Source: Candidatus Microgenomatus sp.
GTDB taxonomy: Bacteria > Patescibacteriota > Microgenomatia > UBA8517
DNA: 64,000 bases
Direction of reading: 5' to 3'
Assembly (NCBI GenBank): GCA_020724555.1
Contig: DYGT01000006.1
Coordinates: 1,649 to 65,648, forward strand
Shown here piece by piece: positions 38,908 through 48,452 of this stretch (positions are counted from its first letter, which is position 1; the number at the start of each line of letters is the position of its first letter). Position numbers and translations under genes: made by a program. The notes beneath the pieces were generated by a model that made no database searches, was not told the DNA's origin, and saw nothing but the letters and a program-made list of their open reading frames with translations.

Positions 38908-39378
38908 TTAACCTTTTTTTCTTCCGGTTTCGCTTTTTGTAACTTTATTTTTAATAGCACTAAACACGCCACTGCGTTTTTTACTTCCGGTTTCAATCGC
39001 CGGCCGGTAAGGCTGTTCTTCTTTTTTGTCTCCCCTAAGTGCTTGGTCCGACGCTTTTTCCCATTCTTCACTTTTTTGCCGGGATACGTAAGCTGCTTGT
39101 TGTAATTCCTGCTCTTGTAAAGCCGCCAAACGCCTCTGGAGTGATTCTAATTTTGCCCGATTTTCCTGATCATGTACTTGGCGATCGTAGCTGGCATTTG
39201 CCATCTCTTGAGCCATATTGGTGACGTACTCGCTCCTACCCTGTCGGTCAGCAATCTCAGGCAACCCAAATTGCTTTTGTACTGATTTGATTGTTTCTAA
39301 AGCTTCATCGGTTGCCAGTGCTTTTGCGGCTTGCATCCCCCTTTTAACCTGAGTTGTCGTGGTTTTTTTGATATCCAT
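38908..39378 (-). CDS. Hypothetical coiled-coil protein
   Basis: ORF directly downstream of recR. Confidence 0.7.
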   Translation of the reverse strand: MDIKKTTTTQVKRGMQAAKALATDEALETIKSVQKQFGLPEIADRQGRSEYVTNMAQEMANASYDRQVHDQENRAKLESLQRRLAALQEQELQQAAYVSRQKSEEWEKASDQALRGDKKEEQPYRPAIETGSKKRSGVFSAIKNKVTKSETGRKKG

Positions 39379-39380
39379 GT

Positions 39381-40013
39381 TTAAATATTTTTTCTGCCTT
39401 CAAATGCCTGTGATAGTGTATTTTCATCTGCAAATTCCAGATACGCGCCGGTCGGTACCCCCACACCCAAACGGCTCAAGACAATCTTCCTGCCGTTTCC
39501 GTTTTTTTCTGCAATAATCTTTTTTACTTCTTTGGCTATATACATACTCGTTGCCTCGCCTTCCATCGTAGGATTAGTGGCAACGATTACTTCAAGCTCA
39601 TTTGGTGCATTTTTAATCCGGGAAAAAAGGTCGTCCAAAAAAATTTCGTCCGGTCCGATGTTATCCAAAGGATTGATGCTTCCATGAAGGACATGGTAAA
39701 GACCAAAGTATTTTCCCGTTTTTTCAAACGCAACAACATCCAACGGTTGCTCAACCACTAAAATTTGGGCCTGATTTCTATTCCTGTCACTGCAAATAGC
39801 GCAAGGGCTTGTTTCAGAAACACTTTTACATATTTCGCATAGCACCGTATCGCGCTTAACACGCTCGAGGGCATCGGCAAAACTATCGAGCTCGCTCTGT
39901 GGTACATGAAGCAGATAATAAGACAGCCGTTCAGCGGTCCTGGGCCCGATACCCGGTAACTTTTGAAAAGAATCTATTAGCTTTTGTAAAGGTTTAACGC
40001 TCTTCATATTCAA
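39381..40013 (-). CDS. recR: Recombination protein RecR
   Basis: LPGIGPRTAERL, C4 zinc finger, ATNPTMEGEAT. Confidence 0.96.
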   Translation of the reverse strand: MNMKSVKPLQKLIDSFQKLPGIGPRTAERLSYYLLHVPQSELDSFADALERVKRDTVLCEICKSVSETSPCAICSDRNRNQAQILVVEQPLDVVAFEKTGKYFGLYHVLHGSINPLDNIGPDEIFLDDLFSRIKNAPNELEVIVATNPTMEGEATSMYIAKEVKKIIAEKNGNGRKIVLSRLGVGVPTGAYLEFADENTLSQAFEGRKNI

Positions 40014-40068
40014 AGGTAATTCTAACAGGTTTTGTTAATTTTATATAACCTAACCCCTTTTAAAAAAA

Positions 40069-40371
40069 TTATTGGAGTTTTCCCAGAAGTCCGCCCATGC
40101 CACCCATCTGGCCCATCATCTTTTTCTGGATTTCTTTTTGCGATTTTTCAAAGGCTTTATTGATGACCTTAACCAGCTCACTTTTTGGCTCACCATCGAT
40201 TTCCAAATATGCAATCTTCATATCTCCCGTAACCTTAACAACAATATTTTTATCCTCATGTCTAAACTGCATCGCTGCCAATTCTTTTTGCAATATTTCC
40301 ATTTGGGCGATTTCTTTTTCAGAAATTCCCAAAGCTTTTGATGCTGCTTTTCGTTTTACTTTTCCTAGCAT
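40069..40371 (-). CDS. YbaB/EbfC nucleoid-associated protein
   Basis: Between dnaX and recR; VKVTGD, INKA. Confidence 0.8.
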   Translation of the reverse strand: MLGKVKRKAASKALGISEKEIAQMEILQKELAAMQFRHEDKNIVVKVTGDMKIAYLEIDGEPKSELVKVINKAFEKSQKEIQKKMMGQMGGMGGLLGKLQ

Positions 40372-41847
40372 TTAATCTCCAAAGATTTCCTTTGCAGCTT
40401 GAATAATATCATCTTCATGGGTCTCAGTCAAAGGCGGATCAGGTGAAATTGATTCGCGTCTCTCCGTTACCTCATAGGAGACGTGTACACCTGTACCCAG
40501 GATGCTCCTGCAAATTTGCTCAAACATCAGTCTATTTTTTTGCATTTCCAACTGTTCTTTGTGAAAACGGTAATAAACGCCGATTTTTAAATTTTCTCCA
40601 TCAAAATTAAGCAAATAAGCTGAGCGTAAAAGTGCCTCAATCGTAGTATTTTTGCCGCTTACTTCTTCCAAAATCTTATTCCAGACATTTTTATCCATAT
40701 TTTTTTCATGACCGTTTCCGTTGACTTTGGTATCTACCGATGCCGCCTTTTTTTTGACTTTATCGCTCATATTTTGATTCTCATCCGGGGCAGGATTTGA
40801 GACTTTTTTTCTTTGTGCTTCTCCATAGGTGATTACGGCCAGCTCCAATGGAAGGCTAGCGATCGGGCTAATTCGCAAATTGTTTCTCGCTTTAAATAAT
40901 AATTCAATTAATTTATAAGTTCCGTCAGAATCAATTTTATATGCAGGTTTACCATCTAGTTGAAGCGATAACAAATGGTCTCTAAGTAGAATAATCAACT
41001 GATCTACAAGGTCTTTTATCGACCCGTTGGCTTGGCAATAAATTTTAATCTCCTTAAGCGCCGCATTTATTTCACCATTTGCGACGTTTTTTAATATTTT
41101 TTCTGATATCTCAGACGAGCCCCCTCCTCCTTGAAGAATTTCTTTTATTTTTGATATATCGTCGGGTAAACCGGCAGATATTAAAGTTTCTAAATTCTTT
41201 GCCGCATCGCGGAAAGAACCCCCCGACGCTTGCGCAATAAGTTTAAGGGTCTCACGACCAAGCTTTAATTTTTCTCCTTTAGAAATTCTTTTTAACTGCC
41301 GGATAATTTCATCCTCCCCTGCTTGATTAAAAACGATTTGGGTTAGGCGCGAACGGACGGTTTCCGGAAGTTTTTGTGGATCGGTTGTAGCTAAAATAAA
41401 AATTACGTGGCTTGGTGGCTCCTCAAGGGTTTTTAAAAAAGCATTAGAAGCTTCAAGGGTTAGCATGTGGGCTTCATCTAAAATATATATTTTTTTTAAC
41501 CCAGAAGTCGGAGCCAGGGCAATATTCTCACGCAAGGAGCGAATATCGTCTATTCCCCTGTGGCTTGCTGCATCCAATTCCACCACATCCATGTGAGTAC
41601 CCTTAGTAATCCTTAAACAGGCCTCACATTTATTGCATGGTTCAGCGGGTTTATTTTTATTTTTCTCGCAATTTATGGCCTTTGCCAGAATCCGTGCGGC
41701 AGACGTTTTACCTACCCCCTTGGGGCCGGAAAATAAAAATGCATGCGGGAGATTACCCGAATTTATTATCTCCAAAAGCTTTGTACGGGCCTGAGTGCTG
41801 TCAAGTTCAGAAATAGTTTGCGGGCGGTATTTTAAATAAAGGGTCAT
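40372..41847 (-). CDS. dnaX: DNA polymerase III gamma/tau
   Basis: YLKYRPQ, GPKGVGKTS, ELDAAS, DEAHML, LKTLEEPP. Confidence 0.96.
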   Translation of the reverse strand: MTLYLKYRPQTISELDSTQARTKLLEIINSGNLPHAFLFSGPKGVGKTSAARILAKAINCEKNKNKPAEPCNKCEACLRITKGTHMDVVELDAASHRGIDDIRSLRENIALAPTSGLKKIYILDEAHMLTLEASNAFLKTLEEPPSHVIFILATTDPQKLPETVRSRLTQIVFNQAGEDEIIRQLKRISKGEKLKLGRETLKLIAQASGGSFRDAAKNLETLISAGLPDDISKIKEILQGGGGSSEISEKILKNVANGEINAALKEIKIYCQANGSIKDLVDQLIILLRDHLLSLQLDGKPAYKIDSDGTYKLIELLFKARNNLRISPIASLPLELAVITYGEAQRKKVSNPAPDENQNMSDKVKKKAASVDTKVNGNGHEKNMDKNVWNKILEEVSGKNTTIEALLRSAYLLNFDGENLKIGVYYRFHKEQLEMQKNRLMFEQICRSILGTGVHVSYEVTERRESISPDPPLTETHEDDIIQAAKEIFGD

Positions 41848-41857
41848 TTTATATATA

Positions 41858-42256
41858 TTAATCGTGGTGAATGCCAATTAAATGTAACGCGCCGTGGCAG
41901 GCCAGATCAACTACCACATCGTCAACCAGCCGGTTTTCTTTTTTCGCATACTCCACTGCTTTTTGGTAAGAAACGACAATTTCTCCCAGATGGAGCGTTT
42001 TATCCGGTGGAAATTGAAAAGGCCCTTTCAGTTCTGCTGTGGGAAAAGACAAAACCGGGTGCATCGCCGCCGTACCCACTTCTTCTTTCAAATAATCAAG
42101 GGCATATTCAATCATTTTACTATGGCTTACGATAGCCACAGAAGCCTCGGCTTCGGATTGGAGCCCGTTGTCCAAAAAAGTTTTTACCACAGCATCTTTC
42201 ACCTTTTTTGCACTGACCGGATAATTTGATTGTTTATATATGTTTACAGTAATCAT
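41858..42256 (-). CDS. ybeY: rRNA maturation endoribonuclease YbeY
   Basis: VLSFP, LGEIV, HGALHLIGIHH. Confidence 0.9.
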   Translation of the reverse strand: MITVNIYKQSNYPVSAKKVKDAVVKTFLDNGLQSEAEASVAIVSHSKMIEYALDYLKEEVGTAAMHPVLSFPTAELKGPFQFPPDKTLHLGEIVVSYQKAVEYAKKENRLVDDVVVDLACHGALHLIGIHHD

Positions 42257-42699
42257 CCCAACTTTTCTTTCACCAAAGCTGCTACCCGCGCCCCATCCGC
42301 ACGCCCGTGAGATCTTCTCACTACTTGTCCGATAACTTGTCCCATTTGCGAAAGCCCGCTGGCACCTGTTTCTGCCAATACTTCTTCTACCAATTTTTCC
42401 AAGTCCTCATCACTCATCTCCTCGGGTAAATACTCTTTTAAAATCTGCATTTCCTGTTTTTCTTGTTCGGCAAGCTCGGCTCTCCCCGCTTTTTCATAAG
42501 CTTCGATAGCCTCCACCCGTTTTTTTACTTCTTTGCGGACAACCGCCAGCTCGTCTTCTTCGTTCATGTCTGGCTTGTCTATTTTTACGTTTCTAAGCTC
42601 GCTTAAAAGCATCCGAAGGGTGGACACACGCACCCTATCTCTGGCCTTCATGGCTTTACTAATTTGTGCTGTTAGTTGGTCTACTATGATTTTTGCCAT
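42253..42699 (-). CDS. GatB/YqeY domain protein
   Basis: AMKARD..R.STLRM, KEVKKR, YLPE, GRADG. Confidence 0.92.
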   Translation of the reverse strand: MAKIIVDQLTAQISKAMKARDRVRVSTLRMLLSELRNVKIDKPDMNEEDELAVVRKEVKKRVEAIEAYEKAGRAELAEQEKQEMQILKEYLPEEMSDEDLEKLVEEVLAETGASGLSQMGQVIGQVVRRSHGRADGARVAALVKEKLG

Positions 42700-43044
42700 T
42701 TATGTTTGGTCGAGAGCTTGTTTTCCTCCGACAAATTCCCCTCCCAAAAGATGCCAATGCAAATGTGAAACCGTCTGAAATTTCCCCCCGTTAAATACCA
42801 ATCTATAGGCATCTTCTAATTTTTTACTTTTGATTATTTGTTGGGCAGCTTTCGCCAGGAACACCAAAACATCGTTATTATCCAATTCCATAAATGACTC
42901 TATGTGTTTTTTGGGTACTACTAAAATATGTGTTTCTGCAATAGGTTTTATACTATCGAACGCAATTATATTTTCGTCTTCATACCAAATTGTGGCGGGT
43001 GCTTCGCCTTTGACTATTTTGCAAAAAATGCAATCTTTTTCCAT
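42700..43044 (-). CDS. HIT family hydrolase
   Basis: CIFCKI, HILVVPKKH, HLHWH. Confidence 0.93.
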   Translation of the reverse strand: MEKDCIFCKIVKGEAPATIWYEDENIIAFDSIKPIAETHILVVPKKHIESFMELDNNDVLVFLAKAAQQIIKSKKLEDAYRLVFNGGKFQTVSHLHWHLLGGEFVGGKQALDQT

Positions 43045-43096
43045 GTTGCCACCAGTATAGTATTGGAGTAAATTTCTCTCAAGTGGTCAAAAGGAG

Positions 43097-44320
43097 TCAC
43101 TTTAATTTATTCAAAACTTGTTCCAAGTCAAGGTACTCAGTGCCGTCGGAATTTCTCATTTTCCATTCATACTTCTCACCGGTTTTTTCTGAAGATACAA
43201 GCCTTACCGGAATTCCGATCAAATCCGCGTCTGCAAATTTTTCTCCGGCCCCTGTTTGTCTGTCATCCCAAAGCACTTCCACTCCCAGCTCTATAAGAGA
43301 ATCATAAATAGCTTGCCCACGTCCACCCGGCAGATCAATTAGATGAACTGCAAAAGGAGAAATCTCGGGACTCCAGATAATGCCGCGTTCATCATGGCTC
43401 ACTTCCACCCAAGCACCCATGGTGCGCGTTGTCCCGATTCCGTAACTGCCCAGATAAGGATATTTTTTATAGCCGTTTTCATCGGTATACGTAAAATTCA
43501 TTTTCTCACTGTAGCTTGTGCCAAAACGAAAAATATTTCCCACTTCTATCGATTTACTGGAGCCGATAATCCCTTCCTTGCATTTTGGACAAACACCCCC
43601 CTCTTTTAGTTTGAAAATCTCTTTATTTTGAGCCCAATCACATTTATCGCAGTAATAAACAAAATCTTCTCCGGAGTCTGCAAATACCTGCATTTCATGG
43701 GTGATGCCCTCGGTAAAAACTCCACCACCGGCTTCGACTACATGCATATCGAAACCTATACAGGCAAAGATATTTTTGTATGCTTCCGCCACTTTCCAAT
43801 AGTATTCATCCAAATCATCCTGACTGGCGTGGATACTATACAAATCCTTCATCATAAATTCCCTTCCACGCAAAACACCCGATTTGGCTCTAAGCTCATT
43901 TCTGAATTTTGTAGAAAAATGATAAAGTGCAAGCGGTAAGTCCTGATACGAAAAAACGTGCTTTCTTGCGAGGTCTAAAAAGATTTCCTCATGTGTAAAA
44001 GACAAAGCAAAATCGCGTTTTCTGGCATCGGTAAGCTTATACATAATTTCATCTGCCTTGTCCCACCTACCAGTTTCATTCCAGATATTTTTAGGGTGCA
44101 TTAGTGGCATCAAAATTTCCTGCGCCCCGATTTTGTTTAGCTCTTCAGAAATAATTTTATTAATTTTATTAACCACCTTTTTCCCCATGGGCATAAGCGT
44201 CCATGAACCTGCCATCATTTGGTCAACAAAACCTGCACGGACCAACAACTTGTGGTTGACGCTTTCTGCACCTTTTGGTGCTTCTTTAAGAGTTTTTGGG
44301 AAAAGTTCCGACTGTCGCAT
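43097..44320 (-). CDS. proS: Prolyl-tRNA synthetase (short, no editing domain)
   Basis: THEE, KFRNELR, REFMMKD, IEVGNIF, YGIG, GEKFADADLIGIP. Confidence 0.95.
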   Translation of the reverse strand: MRQSELFPKTLKEAPKGAESVNHKLLVRAGFVDQMMAGSWTLMPMGKKVVNKINKIISEELNKIGAQEILMPLMHPKNIWNETGRWDKADEIMYKLTDARKRDFALSFTHEEIFLDLARKHVFSYQDLPLALYHFSTKFRNELRAKSGVLRGREFMMKDLYSIHASQDDLDEYYWKVAEAYKNIFACIGFDMHVVEAGGGVFTEGITHEMQVFADSGEDFVYYCDKCDWAQNKEIFKLKEGGVCPKCKEGIIGSSKSIEVGNIFRFGTSYSEKMNFTYTDENGYKKYPYLGSYGIGTTRTMGAWVEVSHDERGIIWSPEISPFAVHLIDLPGGRGQAIYDSLIELGVEVLWDDRQTGAGEKFADADLIGIPVRLVSSEKTGEKYEWKMRNSDGTEYLDLEQVLNKLK

Positions 44321-44332
44321 GAACCTAGTATA

Positions 44333-45448
44333 TCATTGCACTAGGCTCTCAACAAAAGCGCTCAGAGAGCCTGCCGAAATAAGCTTGGGGATTTCTCCGG
44401 CGGTCAACACCAACATCAACATTAACAAAATTACCATACCAATGGTGTGTATCATGGACTCAACCCGGGGTAACATCTTTTTACCTGCAACACCCTCGAC
44501 GATAATTATTAATAATCGGCTTCCATCCAAAGGAGGAAACGGCACTAAGTTTATTATTGCCAAATTTATGGAGATAATTGCAGTAAAATGCAGTAGATTA
44601 ACTAGCCCCGCCCGGGCAGCCTCGGCCCCAAGCCCAGCTGCACCGACAGGTCCCACCAAACCTTCCGGTTTAGTTCCAGAAACAACATCAACAATTAAAC
44701 CACCGAATGCTTCAATTATTTTTTCGGATAAATATGCGGCCTTGGTAAAACCATAGTAAAGATAAGTAAACGGCGCTTGCCACAAGGAAGGTGCCACTAT
44801 GCTTTCCGGTAAATATCCTACCCCCAACAGACCCCTTTCTTCAGAGTATTGTGAAGGAAGCGTTACTTCGGTCTCATAAGTTTTAATACTTCCGTTTTCT
44901 TCCCTTTCATATATTAAAGTGGCAGTTTTTCCTTTATTTAATTCAATCTCCGGTAAAAAAGATTCAGTTAGAGTTAGACGCTCTCCCCCCAGCGCCACGA
45001 TTACATCGCCTTCTTTAAGGCCCGCGCTTTGCGCCGGTGAATCCGTCAAAACGCTGCTAACTAACACTCCTTTGGCAACACCTCCAGCGTAAGCGTATAA
45101 AGCTGAAAATACGACTACAGCAAAAACAAAATTCATAAATACACCCGCCACAGCCACCAAAGCTTTAGCTAGCGGAGGTTTGTGAGAAAACGAACGTTCA
45201 GGGTATTTTGCCTTTTCACTGGGGTCTTCGCCATGCAATCTGACAAAACCTCCCAAAGGAAGCGCATTAAGCGAATAAAGGGTTTCACCGAATTTTTTAC
45301 CAAAAAGACGTGGAGGATATCCGATCCCAAATTCTTCAGGCCAAATACCCACCATTTTTGCCACCAAAAAATGTCCAAATTCATGGACTAATACTAAAAT
45401 TGAAAGCGCAATAAGCGCCATGATTAAAAGTGGAATTACAGTTGGCAT
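44333..45448 (-). CDS. rseP: RseP-like M50 metalloprotease with PDZ domain
   Basis: HEFGH, PLGGFV, NLVPFPPLDG. Confidence 0.9.
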   Translation of the reverse strand: MPTVIPLLIMALIALSILVLVHEFGHFLVAKMVGIWPEEFGIGYPPRLFGKKFGETLYSLNALPLGGFVRLHGEDPSEKAKYPERSFSHKPPLAKALVAVAGVFMNFVFAVVVFSALYAYAGGVAKGVLVSSVLTDSPAQSAGLKEGDVIVALGGERLTLTESFLPEIELNKGKTATLIYEREENGSIKTYETEVTLPSQYSEERGLLGVGYLPESIVAPSLWQAPFTYLYYGFTKAAYLSEKIIEAFGGLIVDVVSGTKPEGLVGPVGAAGLGAEAARAGLVNLLHFTAIISINLAIINLVPFPPLDGSRLLIIIVEGVAGKKMLPRVESMIHTIGMVILLMLMLVLTAGEIPKLISAGSLSAFVESLVQ

Positions 45449-45449
45449 A

Positions 45450-46010
45450 TTACGAAGACAACAATTCTTTCTCTTTTGTTTCCCCTATATCTTCAATAGA
45501 TTTTGTAAAATTATCGGTTATTTCCTGTAATCTTTTTTCAGATGCAAACTTTTCGTCCTCGGATATTTCCTTATTTTCATAAGCATCTTTTATATCTTTC
45601 ATTGCGTTTGTCCGAATCTGCCGAAGCATAATTTTACCGTTCTCCAGTTTGGTACCAAGAAGTTTAACATATTTCTCACGGTCTTCGGTAGTCAGGGGTG
45701 ACATAGTAATTCTAATAATTTCGCCATCGATAGATGGATTAAAACCGGCGTTACTTGCCAGTATACCTTTTCTTATTTCACCAATTACAGATTTATCCCA
45801 TGGTGAAATTACTAAAGTTTGGGCATCGGTTGCAGTAATAGAAGCCAGTTCGTTAAGCTTCATTTTTTGTGTTCCGCCGTAAGCATCTATACTAATATCC
45901 TCAACTAAAGATGGAGCTGCACGGCCAGTACGGATAGAAGATATGTCATTTTTTACCATAGATACCACCTCTTCCATTTTTTGCTTTACTTGATTATCGT
46001 CCATTTTCAA
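45450..46010 (-). CDS. frr: Ribosome recycling factor
   Basis: IRTGRA, PWDK, PLTTEDR. Confidence 0.96.
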   Translation of the reverse strand: MKMDDNQVKQKMEEVVSMVKNDISSIRTGRAAPSLVEDISIDAYGGTQKMKLNELASITATDAQTLVISPWDKSVIGEIRKGILASNAGFNPSIDGEIIRITMSPLTTEDREKYVKLLGTKLENGKIMLRQIRTNAMKDIKDAYENKEISEDEKFASEKRLQEITDNFTKSIEDIGETKEKELLSS

Positions 46011-46036
46011 TCCAATTATACCAAATAATTACACAG

Positions 46037-46501
46037 TTAAACGCCAATTTCAATGCGTGTAAAGCGCCCCAACTTTATATTTTCACCGGTTTTTGTAATA
46101 ACCTCTTTAATTTTATCTTCCACTTTTACACTGGGGTCTTTTATAAAATCCTGGGCTAGTAGTTCCTTTTTATCTTCTGGGTTCATGGATGCAATTTGAA
46201 GTGCTATATCATTGGCTAAATTTTTAAACAGATCGTTTTTAGCCACAAAATCTGTTTCGCAAAGAAGCTCGACCAAAACCGCAACTCTGCCAGTGTAATG
46301 GCTGTAGGCAACGACTATCCCCTGCCCGGTTTCCCGGCCTTCGCGCTTACTCACTTTGGCAAAACCTTCTTCTTTTAAAGCTTTTAATGAAGCTTCTTCA
46401 TCTCCATTTTTTTCCACCAAGACCTCTTTAACGCGAGCCATAGGAGCCCCCGATTCTTCTCTGAGCCGCCGGATCATGTCAGCTGTAATTTTTATTGCCA
46501 T
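46037..46501 (-). CDS. tsf: Elongation factor Ts (short form)
   Basis: LREESGA, VELLCETDFVA, GENI; start moved to MAIKI. Confidence 0.95.
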   Translation of the reverse strand: MAIKITADMIRRLREESGAPMARVKEVLVEKNGDEEASLKALKEEGFAKVSKREGRETGQGIVVAYSHYTGRVAVLVELLCETDFVAKNDLFKNLANDIALQIASMNPEDKKELLAQDFIKDPSVKVEDKIKEVITKTGENIKLGRFTRIEIGV

Positions 46502-46502
46502 T

Positions 46503-47207
46503 TTATTTTTTAGTATTTTTGGGTTTAACTTTTTTACCCTCTGCAATTGCCTCGGATATCAGCTCAAGTGCATACTCCAATGATTTGGCGGCATCGTCGT
46601 TCATGGGTATCACCCAATCAACATCGTCTGGATCGCCATTTGAGTCTACTATGCCAACTGTCGGGATTCCAAGCTGTTTTGCTTCTTTCACTGCTCCTTG
46701 CTCTTTATGGGTATCAATTATTATCATAAAATCCGGGAGTTCCTTCATTTCCAAAATGCCACCAAACTGGTTTTCCAATTTTTCGATTTTGCGAGCAAGC
46801 TTTAATCTTTCTTTTTTTGTATATCCGCGTTTTTGGGCATTGGCTAATTCATCCTTTAGACCACCTAGTTTATCGATAGAATTTCTAATTTGTTTAAAGT
46901 TAGTGAAGGTTCCGCCAAGCCATCGCTCAGTTACATACCACAAGCCATGTTTTTGGGCTATTTCTTTTGTCTTCTCCCTTGCCTGTTTTTTAGCGCCAAC
47001 GATTAAGATGTTTTTATTTTCGGAGGCTGCTTTTGTAATCTCCGCAAGAGCTTCTTCCATGGCACTTTGAGTTTTTATTAAGTCAAAAACATAAATACCG
47101 TCGCGTACGTCATACATGTACTTTTCCATTTTCGGGTTCCAACGGCGGTATTGGTGCCCGAAATGGGCGCCAACAGCAAGTAATTTTTCTAAATCTATCT
47201 TTGGCAT
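46503..47207 (-). CDS. rpsB: 30S ribosomal protein S2
   Basis: GAHFGH, WNPKM, RWLGGTFTN, NDD; AGGAGG SD before ATG 47207. Confidence 0.97.
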   Translation of the reverse strand: MPKIDLEKLLAVGAHFGHQYRRWNPKMEKYMYDVRDGIYVFDLIKTQSAMEEALAEITKAASENKNILIVGAKKQAREKTKEIAQKHGLWYVTERWLGGTFTNFKQIRNSIDKLGGLKDELANAQKRGYTKKERLKLARKIEKLENQFGGILEMKELPDFMIIIDTHKEQGAVKEAKQLGIPTVGIVDSNGDPDDVDWVIPMNDDAAKSLEYALELISEAIAEGKKVKPKNTKK

Positions 47208-47280
47208 ATAATTTTGTTCCTCCTTATTTTCCGCCATCTGTCAGAAGTAAATCAGGAGGATCTGACTAGATGTGTGTGAT
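47208..47280 (-). promoter_or_regulatory. rpsB 5' leader (S2 autoregulatory-type)
   Basis: Starts with ACACAC, followed by an AUCU-GUCAGA/UCUGAC-AGAU hairpin and the SD. Confidence 0.6.
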
Positions 47281-47310
47281 GTATCTATTATATGGCAAAA
47301 ATAGATAAAA

Positions 47311-48126
47311 TCAAGCCGTCGGATTTGCTATATCTATTGTTTTTTCTGAAGCGATAATTACATTTTTTAAAAGCTCGGCAATGGTCATAGGGCCAATGCC
47401 CCCAGGGACCGGGGTAATGAGTTTTGCTTTTTGACTGACATCTGTTTGCACCTCTGGTTTAGGAGAACCCACATCTATAACGCTTGCTCCTTTTTTAACC
47501 ATATCTTTGGAAATAATTCCTGCTCTACCCGTTGCCGCAATAATTATATCTGCCTGTTTTAACATTTTGACTTTATCTTTCGTATCCATATCCACCCCGG
47601 CTACGCTATAGCTTTTATCAAGCAAAAACTGCGCAGTCTTGCCACCAACCATCCCTTTGGCACCGACCACGGCAATGCTTGTCTTATCCGAATTAGCGGC
47701 TATTTCAACCACCTCATAGATTGCTTTGACCGTTGGGTGTATATACGGGCTATTTGTACGCAAACCATCTACATCTTTTTCTCTGGCAATAGCTTTTACA
47801 ATTTTTTTTGAATCAATGTTTTTCGGAAGCGGCATTTGGACCATAATCCCATGGACATTACTATCTTTATTTTTTTCTTTTATAAAGTCCTTTATTTCTT
47901 TTGTGGTGGCATTTGCTTCCAAAATACGGATAGTAAAGATAATACCCACGCGCTCAGCTGCTTCTTTTTTTAGTCTAGTATAAATTTTACTGGCTTTATC
48001 ATCACCCGCCAAAATAGTCACTAAATGGGGAAAAATACCATATTGGGACTTTAACTCGCGTACACGGGTACGGATAATGTCCTCTTCCATCCGGGCATGC
48101 GCGCGCCCGTCAAAAATTACAGCCAT
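47311..48126 (-). CDS. folD: Methylene-THF dehydrogenase/cyclohydrolase
   Basis: HGIMVQMPLP, KDVDG, ITPVPGGIGPMT. Confidence 0.95.
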   Translation of the reverse strand: MAVIFDGRAHARMEEDIIRTRVRELKSQYGIFPHLVTILAGDDKASKIYTRLKKEAAERVGIIFTIRILEANATTKEIKDFIKEKNKDSNVHGIMVQMPLPKNIDSKKIVKAIAREKDVDGLRTNSPYIHPTVKAIYEVVEIAANSDKTSIAVVGAKGMVGGKTAQFLLDKSYSVAGVDMDTKDKVKMLKQADIIIAATGRAGIISKDMVKKGASVIDVGSPKPEVQTDVSQKAKLITPVPGGIGPMTIAELLKNVIIASEKTIDIANPTA

Positions 48127-48158
48127 GGAAAAATTATATCATCTTGAGGCTAAAAGTT

Positions 48159-48449
48159 TTAATCCGGACAATCGGCTAACGCTCCCTCAAGACCAACGTA
48201 CACTAATAATTTGCTCCAAATATCCTCCGGTACTTGTCCGTATATTTTGGGAGCAATTTGATCTCGCAAATATGTGTATAAAACAATGTTTTGGGCGTTT
48301 CGTTTCCCTAAAACCTCAATAAGAAGATCTTTGTATTCATGCTGTTCGAGAAACATCTCTCGCAACCCTGGCTCATAGGGAACATCAAATTGACCAAGAA
48401 ACTCTCTCAAGGCTTTCCAGTCTCCCCCAGATCTTTCTTTTAAAGACAT
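48159..48449 (-). CDS. Hypothetical protein
   Basis: ORF between glyA and folD, same strand. Confidence 0.55.
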   Translation of the reverse strand: MSLKERSGGDWKALREFLGQFDVPYEPGLREMFLEQHEYKDLLIEVLGKRNAQNIVLYTYLRDQIAPKIYGQVPEDIWSKLLVYVGLEGALADCPD

Positions 48450-48452
48450 TTT

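Noticed and set aside
46037-46501. Short EF-Ts as a truncation
   Set aside because: Short EF-Ts forms are normal in several lineages including CPR, and the key motifs are intact.
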